A DNA stretch of 22,865 bases from positions 1 through 22,865 of the forward strand of contig JAGGYF010000030.1 of NCBI GenBank assembly GCA_021162685.1, in the 5' to 3' direction. This DNA is from Candidatus Iainarchaeum sp. (GTDB taxonomy: Archaea > B1Sed10-29 > WALL01). Numbering within the stretch: position 1 is the first letter of the stretch; each line of letters starts with the position of its first letter. Below are positions 16,734 to 22,865 of this stretch, piece after piece. The position numbers and the translations under genes were made by a program. The notes beneath the pieces were generated by a model, which saw nothing but the letters and a program-made list of their open reading frames with translations, searched no databases and was not told the origin of the DNA.

Positions 16734-16770
16734 ATGAATAATTTATGCAAAATGGGGTTTATAAGCATTT
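16734..16770. repeat. 37-bp perfect direct repeat, copy 2
   Basis: Identical to 15937-15973; offset 797 bp; flanks diverge immediately on both sides. Confidence 0.97.
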
Positions 16771-16808
16771 GTTTTAAAAATCTCCATTTCCCTAATAAAT
16801 GCCCTGAG

Positions 16809-18776
16809 GTGATTTTTTTTAGGTATTTAGTCACTTCTGCACTGCCATATGTGAATTCAAGGCCGCACCTAGGCCACCTAATCGGTAGTTTACTCCCTCC
16901 TGATATCTATGTGAGGTTTCTTAGGTTGAGAGGAGAGGATGCTATCTATATATGTGGTACAGATGAACATGGAACCGCTACAGAGATCGCAGCAGAAAAG
17001 GCGGGTGTCACACCAGAGGAATGGTGTGCAAGAATGCACAAATTACATAAGGAGGATTACGAGTGGTTTGAGATAGAATTCACAAACTTTGGGAGAACTA
17101 GCAGTAAAAGTAATCACGAACTAACGCAATACATCTTCAAGAAGAACTATGAGAAAGGATACATATTTGAAAAGGAGACAGAGCAGTGGTACTGCAACAA
17201 ATGCAAACGTTTCCTTCCAGATAGGTATGTAAAAGCAACATGTCCATACTGTGGGGCAGAGACAAATGCAGACCAGTGTGACTCATGTGGGAAACTTTTA
17301 GAACCACACGAATTGATAGAACCAAGATGCGTGATCTGCGGTTCAAAACCAGAACTAAAACAATCAAAGCACTTATTTTTAGACCTTCCGAAATTTGCAC
17401 CAAAGCTCAAACAATGGATCTCCTCAAATAAACACTGGTCACAAAACGTAAGGAACTGGGCACTTTCATTATGTGATAACCTAAAGCCAAGATGTATAAC
17501 AAGGGATCTGAAATGGGGAGTGAAGGTTCCACTAAAAGGTTACGAAGATAAAGTATTCTATGTATGGTTTGATGCACCAATTGGGTATATAGCAATAACA
17601 AAGGACTGGAATGAAAAAGAATGGCACGATTGGTGGACATCAAAAGAAACCAGGTTAATACATTTCCTTGGGAAAGATAACATCCCGTTCCATACAATCA
17701 TATTCCCAGCAATGCTGATGGGAACAGAAGAATTTATTCTGCCTTATAACATAATCGCTGCAGAATATCTGAATTACGAAGGAAAGAAGTTCTCAAAAAG
17801 TAAAGGCATAGGTGTGACATTGGAGGATGCCAGAAACCTCCCATATCCTCCAGATTATTGGAGATATGCACTAGTGCAGATGGCACCTGAAACCCATGAC
17901 TCAGATTTTACATGGAAAGGATTCCAGAAAGCAATAGATGAACTTGCTGATGTACTTGGAAACTTTGTCCATAGGTCATTTATACTCACAAAGAAGTTTT
18001 TCAACTCAGAAGTGCCAAAACCAGAAGCATTTACAGATGCGGATAAAAAACTTATAGAGGAGATTGAAAAAGCTCCAGGATATGTTGCGGAGGAACTATC
18101 AAAGGGACACTTGAGAGAAGCGAGCAAGCGTGCAATGGAGTTGGTGAGAGAGGCAAATGCATATCTAAATCAGCAAGAGCCGTGGAAAAACGAAGGAGTG
18201 AGAGCAAATACATTATACCTATGTTTGAATGTGTGTAGGAGCGCCGCAATACTCTTTGAACCATTTATGCCTGCGTTTTCTTCACAGGTTTGGGCTTACT
18301 TGAACCTTGATGAGGATAAAAAATGGGAGGATGCTGGAAAGTTGTTATTAAAACCAGGACATAAAATAAATGAATCAAAACCAATATTCAAAAAGATTGG
18401 AGATGATGAGATAGAAAAGTGGGAAAAACAGTTTTCAGGAGAGAAGGAGGCGAAACCTATGATATCATATGATGAGTTCGCAAAACTTGATCTGAGAGTA
18501 GCACAAATAAAACATGTGGAAAAGGTAGAAGGTGCAGATAAACTTCTAAAGATTGTTTTGGACGTAGGGGAACTTGGAGAAAGAACAGTTGCAGCAGGCC
18601 TTGCACCATACTATAAGCCAGAGGAACTTGTAGGAAAGAATGTTGTTTACCTGGCAAACCTTCAGCCGAGAAAACTCAGAGGGGTTTTGAGCCAGGGCAT
18701 GATCCTTGCAGGAGAAAAGGACAACAAAGTTAAATTATTGGAGTGTGACCTAGAGCCAGGTGCAAAGGTGCTCTAA
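16809..18776 (+). CDS. metG: Methionine--tRNA ligase with C-terminal tRNA-binding (Trbp111-like) domain
   Basis: RYLVTSALPYVN, HLGH, GTDEHG, four CxxC zinc-knuckle pairs, YVWFDA, GKDNIPFH, KFSKS, C-terminal LDLRV...NL.PRKLRG..SQGMIL. Start set at the nearest in-frame GTG (16809); exact start uncertain. Confidence 0.95.
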   Translation: MIFFRYLVTSALPYVNSRPHLGHLIGSLLPPDIYVRFLRLRGEDAIYICGTDEHGTATEIAAEKAGVTPEEWCARMHKLHKEDYEWFEIEFTNFGRTSSKSNHELTQYIFKKNYEKGYIFEKETEQWYCNKCKRFLPDRYVKATCPYCGAETNADQCDSCGKLLEPHELIEPRCVICGSKPELKQSKHLFLDLPKFAPKLKQWISSNKHWSQNVRNWALSLCDNLKPRCITRDLKWGVKVPLKGYEDKVFYVWFDAPIGYIAITKDWNEKEWHDWWTSKETRLIHFLGKDNIPFHTIIFPAMLMGTEEFILPYNIIAAEYLNYEGKKFSKSKGIGVTLEDARNLPYPPDYWRYALVQMAPETHDSDFTWKGFQKAIDELADVLGNFVHRSFILTKKFFNSEVPKPEAFTDADKKLIEEIEKAPGYVAEELSKGHLREASKRAMELVREANAYLNQQEPWKNEGVRANTLYLCLNVCRSAAILFEPFMPAFSSQVWAYLNLDEDKKWEDAGKLLLKPGHKINESKPIFKKIGDDEIEKWEKQFSGEKEAKPMISYDEFAKLDLRVAQIKHVEKVEGADKLLKIVLDVGELGERTVAAGLAPYYKPEELVGKNVVYLANLQPRKLRGVLSQGMILAGEKDNKVKLLECDLEPGAKVL

Positions 18777-19384
18777 TGTTAACAAAAACAATCACAGAAA
18801 ACAGAGCGTGGTTATCCCTTTTCATCCTTCTCTTCTGTATCTTTCTTGTTGTGTTAGGCATTACAAATAAAGAGAGCATTGCACTCGTATACAAACCTTA
18901 TTTAGTCATCTCAGCGCTTTCAATTATAGTTGCAGCCACAATGATAAACTCTGTCTTTAATTTCACAAAGACACATGAAGAAGATTTTATTGCTGGCTTC
19001 TTTTTGTTTTTAGTACTTCTCTTCTTTATCCTGCTTTTAGTTCTAGATGGAATATTTTTTGAAAACAAAAATTTGGAAGCATTAACATTGCTTTTTGGTT
19101 TTGTTGTTGTGCTGCTTCCTGCATTTGTGACAAGATTTTCCAACAGTCAACTAGTCTCTTTTATGGCTGGCCTTTCAAGGTTTGGTTTTATAGTTGCATT
19201 TGTGCCTCTAACATTTACGTTGCAGTCAATAGCATTATTCAGTTTTGCGTTCTTTTCAATGTTTACATATCCACTTCAAATGCAATTGACAGGGACGGTT
19301 CAAGAAAATCCATCCAAGTTCTTGGCTTATCTGTTTGATGCAGTTGTTTTAATCACTTATGTACTTTTTCTTGTGGTGGGCTGA
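18776..19384 (+). CDS. Hypothetical multi-pass membrane protein
   Basis: TAATG stop/start coupling with metG; about 6 hydrophobic segments. Confidence 0.8.
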   Translation: MLTKTITENRAWLSLFILLFCIFLVVLGITNKESIALVYKPYLVISALSIIVAATMINSVFNFTKTHEEDFIAGFFLFLVLLFFILLLVLDGIFFENKNLEALTLLFGFVVVLLPAFVTRFSNSQLVSFMAGLSRFGFIVAFVPLTFTLQSIALFSFAFFSMFTYPLQMQLTGTVQENPSKFLAYLFDAVVLITYVLFLVVG

Positions 19385-19412
19385 GAAACCATTTGTCTCT
19401 CAATTGCAAAAA

Positions 19413-19420
19413 TTTATATA
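19413..19420 (+). promoter_or_regulatory. TATA box with A-rich BRE
   Basis: GCAAAAA-TTTATATA ending 23 nt before ATG 19444. Confidence 0.6.
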
Positions 19421-19443
19421 TCTGAGATACGTAATTTTTGTTC

Positions 19444-20598
19444 ATGAAGGATAATAAAAAGAAGCAACCGTGGGAGATGAACAGGCAGGAGCTACTTGAG
19501 ATAATCTACAAGGATAAAGAACTTAAGAGAAGGGCAACAGAGTTGGCAGCAAGAGAGGCGGAAGAGGAAGGACAAATCAATGTAGGTAATTTTCCAGGTG
19601 CGGATGTCATTGCAGAATCAGCAGCAAGATTGTATGCGCCAAAGCCATTGTACCTGGACACAGAAACCCTGCGCGACCTCGTGGCTGAGAAGATGTATCC
19701 AGATGCGGGGGAAACAATCTTTAGGCAACTTGAGGAAGAAGCGTATTGGAGTAATACGTACATGAATGATGAAATGTTTAAAAAAATATATACACCCGAC
19801 GTAAAACATCCAGAACTTTATTCAGCCTTGTATGATAAGATGAAAAACCCCCACTTCAGAGATTACATAAGACGATTGTGCAGGAGGAGAGAACTTGCAG
19901 GATACGGGGTTGCCCCTTTATTTGAGGATATAATCCATTCTCTCATCCCAAAACACATAACGTTTGAAAAAGAACATGACAAAATTGATTGGGTTATAAA
20001 GAATGCTAAGGACGAATTTGAAAAAGCAATGAGGGAACATGTGCCGCCAATAGTAAGGCCACCAGAAGCAAAGATTGTTGATTCAGAAATTTACAGGAAA
20101 GAGATAACCAACTTCCTAGTAGATCTCCTGAAGGAAGCAAAACAGCACTCTGCTTTTAGAAATCCTGTTATAATAGAAATTGGTGCAGCAAGTGGAGAGT
20201 CATCAAAAGAGCTTATAGAGAGAGCAAAACAAATATTTCCAAACTTAAAGTATATCCCTGTTGATAAAGAAAAGGTTACAGATAACACAGTTTTACATGA
20301 TATATTGAAAGGGCCTTTGGATGAAGAGAAGATACCAGAATCAGATATGAGGATTATACTCACACCGAACATGAGTATGCATTTTGCAGATGGGCCATTT
20401 GGGAAGGAGAGATGGTGGAAACATGTGATTGAGACAGCAGGGAATCTAGGCATTATTATTGCAGGCAATCCTACATATGAGACAAGAGAGGGGTGGTATA
20501 GGCACCATAGATATCTGAAGCTAGGAAAAGATGTTATTCATCTGAAAAACCGCACTCCAAAAGAAGTGGTCAGAAAAATAAAATATAGGAAGGGTTAG
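19444..20598 (+). CDS. Hypothetical protein with a C-terminal class I SAM-methyltransferase-like region
   Basis: Long ORF with its own promoter; VIIEIGAASG (motif I-like), YIPVD, HDIL, NMSMHF in the expected order. The function call is tentative. Confidence 0.7.
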   Translation: MKDNKKKQPWEMNRQELLEIIYKDKELKRRATELAAREAEEEGQINVGNFPGADVIAESAARLYAPKPLYLDTETLRDLVAEKMYPDAGETIFRQLEEEAYWSNTYMNDEMFKKIYTPDVKHPELYSALYDKMKNPHFRDYIRRLCRRRELAGYGVAPLFEDIIHSLIPKHITFEKEHDKIDWVIKNAKDEFEKAMREHVPPIVRPPEAKIVDSEIYRKEITNFLVDLLKEAKQHSAFRNPVIIEIGAASGESSKELIERAKQIFPNLKYIPVDKEKVTDNTVLHDILKGPLDEEKIPESDMRIILTPNMSMHFADGPFGKERWWKHVIETAGNLGIIIAGNPTYETREGWYRHHRYLKLGKDVIHLKNRTPKEVVRKIKYRKG

Positions 20599-20978
20599 CC
20601 CAACAGCCTCTTCCCTGCTTCTACATCATCCAAAACAAAAACAACGTTTGTGGCTTTCCCAGTTCCTCCACTTAAGTACAAGCTCTCTATGTTTATGCCT
20701 TCCTCCGCTAGCTGTCTTGCGATATCAGCAAGCGCATTTGGCTTGTTTTCAAGTCTCTTCACAATCACTGCTGTTTCCGTGAATTCAAACCCTTCCTTTT
20801 CCAATACATCTTTGGCCTTTTTCTCATCATCTACAACAACATGCACAAAACCCTGTGTCCCAATTCTTTCCGTTGATATTGCCTCTATGTTTACACCATT
20901 TTTTCCTAATGCACTACAAATCTTTGCGAGTGCACCAGGATTATTATCAATCTCTACAACAAATTCTGTTTTTATCAT
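20595..20978 (-). CDS. Tandem ACT-domain protein
   Basis: Two repeats: DNNPGALAKICSALGKNGVNIEAI and ENKPNALADIARQLAEEGINIESL. Confidence 0.9.
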   Translation of the reverse strand: MIKTEFVVEIDNNPGALAKICSALGKNGVNIEAISTERIGTQGFVHVVVDDEKKAKDVLEKEGFEFTETAVIVKRLENKPNALADIARQLAEEGINIESLYLSGGTGKATNVVFVLDDVEAGKRLLG

Positions 20979-20979
20979 A

Positions 20980-21366
20980 TCACTTCCCCCTTGTAATGAG
21001 TTTCATGCCCATGACTTCCATGTATTCCACTTCTTGCCCTGCCTCTAGGCTTATATCAGACGGTTTGTCTATCTCAAATGTTTCATAGGTTTCTAGATCC
21101 ATGATCTGTATCTTTGACCCCATGTCTGCTATCACTTGTCCTTTTCTTTTGTCTACAATAGGGATCTCACAGTTCGCGTCTACTGGCTTCATCAATGTCT
21201 TTTTCTGTTCACCAACCAGACTAATTGCAGTTACTCTTGCCTTTGCTGCACCATGCTTGCCTGGTTTAGATATCTGTACATCAACAACTCTACATGGGGT
21301 TCCATCTATAATCACATATCTGCCTTTTTTTAGGTCTTTTACTTGTCCAACAATTTTGCCAGCCAT
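20980..21366 (-). CDS. eif5a: Translation factor aIF-5A
   Basis: SKPGKHGAAK hypusination motif; Q.MDLETYETF. Confidence 0.96.
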   Translation of the reverse strand: MAGKIVGQVKDLKKGRYVIIDGTPCRVVDVQISKPGKHGAAKARVTAISLVGEQKKTLMKPVDANCEIPIVDKRKGQVIADMGSKIQIMDLETYETFEIDKPSDISLEAGQEVEYMEVMGMKLITRGK

Positions 21367-21374
21367 ATCAGCAC

Positions 21375-22403
21375 CTATTTCATTTTTTCGTCAATAGAAG
21401 TGAAGCCGAGATACCATGCAACAGGCAACCCGACTATGAGCATAAGCCAGTATGAGAAAAACCTATCAATCATTGTCACAATACCAGCTACTATGGAGTT
21501 AATGTTGGAACTGGAATATATAACTATCATCGTCCCTTCTACAAATCCTAGGTTTCCTGGAAGCAACAGTGGTAAGCTTCCTATAATCACGGATATGATT
21601 ATTACAGTTGCGATAACAGAAAGAGGCACCTCAACCCCAAATGCCTTAAACAATACATACGCCCTTAATATCTCAAAACTCCAATACGCTAGGGAGAGCA
21701 ACAATCCATATCTCCACACCCCTTTTTGAGTCCCTATAAGAGAGATATGCGAGTAATAATTGGTCAATGAGTCCATCATCTTATTTCTGTAATGCCTTAA
21801 AATAGGAATCTTATCTCCGAGCCACTTGTGCTTATCCAAAAACTTGACAACTGTTTTTGACCTTATCCTTTTGTGGAAGGTGACATAATACAGGGAGATG
21901 AGAAGCGATGCACTAGACAGAAAAGAAATAACCAACAAGAAGACGATGTGCATAGGAGCATTCAAAAAAACAAATGAATACACAATTGCGAATGCAGATA
22001 TAATAAGGAAAGCCAGGATATCAATAATCTTCTCAATTACAATAGACGCCATGCCTACTCCGTACCGTATGCCAAACTTTTTCTTTAAAAGAAATGCACG
22101 CAGTGGCTCTCCACCTACTCTGGATGCAGGGGTTATGGAGTTTATTGCATTTCCTGCAATAGATATGAGAAGCAATTGGAAACTGGAAAACGGTTTCTTT
22201 GTTCCCCTTAGGATAACATCCCAACGCGCATACAACGAGAGCACACTCCCAACCTGCATAAGAAGTGCCAGAAGAATATACCTTATATCCATCTTGGCTA
22301 CTGTCTCTATAATGCCCTTTGGTCCAAGTATAAGTATAATTGCTACAAATACTGCAATTCCTAAAACAATACTTGTTGAAAGCGCCTTTGTTTTGTTTCC
22401 CAT
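21375..22403 (-). CDS. Flippase-like membrane protein (lysylphosphatidylglycerol synthase TM / UPF0104 family)
   Basis: RW, NSITP..GGEPLR, EKIID, PG.LG..E, R..SYW motifs; many TM helices. Confidence 0.88.
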   Translation of the reverse strand: MGNKTKALSTSIVLGIAVFVAIILILGPKGIIETVAKMDIRYILLALLMQVGSVLSLYARWDVILRGTKKPFSSFQLLLISIAGNAINSITPASRVGGEPLRAFLLKKKFGIRYGVGMASIVIEKIIDILAFLIISAFAIVYSFVFLNAPMHIVFLLVISFLSSASLLISLYYVTFHKRIRSKTVVKFLDKHKWLGDKIPILRHYRNKMMDSLTNYYSHISLIGTQKGVWRYGLLLSLAYWSFEILRAYVLFKAFGVEVPLSVIATVIIISVIIGSLPLLLPGNLGFVEGTMIVIYSSSNINSIVAGIVTMIDRFFSYWLMLIVGLPVAWYLGFTSIDEKMK

Positions 22404-22438
22404 AATGCTTAAATACTCCCCCTACCTTTTTAAATTAT
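22404..22438. promoter_or_regulatory. Interleaved divergent TATA boxes
   Basis: Plus-strand CTTAAATA (22408-22415) lies 23 nt before ATG 22439; minus-strand TTTAAAAA (22427-22434) lies 23 nt before ATG 22403. Confidence 0.55.
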
Positions 22439-22865
22439 ATGTCCAGAGCAATCTCCCCCATAGTCTCAATTGTCCTGCTCATAGCAATCGCAACAATAGC
22501 AGCAGTTGGCCTCTACTTCTGGGTTGGAGGTTACGCAACAAAACAACCAACCACAGAAACACCCATAAGCATATACGCAATACCTGTTGACGAAGCACAC
22601 GGAAAAGTCCTTGTTGCAAACACTGGAAACAAACCCATAACACTGAGCTATCTAAACACAACAGACGGAACAACATGCGACTTTGGCCAAACAGTAACAA
22701 TCCAACCTGGCCAACAAGCACTCTGCACAATGCCACCAAAAAGGGGAACAACCTATTTGTATGGTTCAGGAACAGGAAGCACCCCTGTTTCCATGTCCTC
22801 AGTTTCTGACTTCACAGTTTCTGCTTCTCCATTGTTTTCCTCAACAACATGGAGCGATTCCGGAA
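22439..22865 (+). CDS. Archaeal type IV pilin/archaellin-like protein, partial (not in ORF track)
   Basis: Hand translation MSRA|ISPIVSIVLLIAIATIAAVGLYFWV...VANTGNKPI...; class III signal peptide; frame open for 142 codons to the window end. Confidence 0.88.
   Translation, partial: MSRAISPIVSIVLLIAIATIAAVGLYFWVGGYATKQPTTETPISIYAIPVDEAHGKVLVANTGNKPITLSYLNTTDGTTCDFGQTVTIQPGQQALCTMPPKRGTTYLYGSGTGSTPVSMSSVSDFTVSASPLFSSTTWSDSG

Larger units (their letters stand above)
15937..16770. mobile_element. Candidate integrated toxin-antitoxin cassette bounded by direct repeats
   Basis: The 760 bp between the repeats hold only the antitoxin, the toxin and a promoter; no recombinase inside. Confidence 0.65.

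Noticed and set aside
15937-16770. 37-bp repeats as a CRISPR array
   Set aside because: Only two copies, separated by 760 bp of coding sequence; no spacer-sized periodicity and no cas genes.
16536-16808. 91-aa N-terminal extension of MetRS in the ORF track
   Set aside because: It overlaps the antitoxin antisense and runs through the repeat/promoter; recognisable MetRS sequence begins at RYLVTSALPY.
15939-16834. Shared peptide MLINPILHKLF in two minus-strand ORFs, suggesting a common leader peptide
   Set aside because: It is the translation of the 37-bp DNA repeat containing the TATA box; better starts lie at 15938 and 16687.
385-21366. Apparent methionine/SAM theme (mat, dph6, metG, methyltransferase-like gene, aIF-5A)
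   Set aside because: The genes are in separate transcription units and orientations, with no shared regulatory motif seen; likely coincidence in a compact genome.
483-22751. Numerous antisense or alternative-frame ORFs (e.g. 483-992, 7421-8050, 10171-10812, 21898-22590, 22479-22751)
   Set aside because: They are shadows of well-supported genes on the other strand or frame and show no motifs.

Overview
AT-rich, very compact archaeal chromosome segment. It has archaeal-type MAT, aIF-1A, aIF-2beta and aIF-5A, MCM, TATA-box promoters with many apparently leaderless genes, and GGTG-type Shine-Dalgarno (SD) motifs; the compaction suggests a small-genome lineage such as DPANN, which is inference only. 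Gene order: palindrome-rich non-coding stretch, mat, membrane-anchored hypothetical, valS, a 41-aa membrane protein missed by the ORF track, membrane protein. Next is a convergent 7-gene operon: mcm (two homing-endonuclease inteins), presenilin-like protease, RPA32-like OB protein, aIF-2beta, DUF424, aIF-1A, dph6. It is followed by a large Asp-box surface protein, a wHTH-like gene, a YdjM-like hydrolase, a PIN toxin/antitoxin pair, metG, a membrane protein, a methyltransferase-like orphan, an ACT protein, aIF-5A, a flippase-like protein and a type IV pilin-like gene running off the end (also missed by the track). The most striking unexplained structure is a perfect 37-bp direct repeat (15937-15973 and 16734-16770) that exactly brackets the toxin-antitoxin pair, duplicates the promoter between the hydrolase and metG, and has an imperfect dif-like 11-6-11 layout. 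It is a candidate minimal, recombinase-less excisable TA cassette. No complete RNA gene, CRISPR array, transposase or integrase was recognised.
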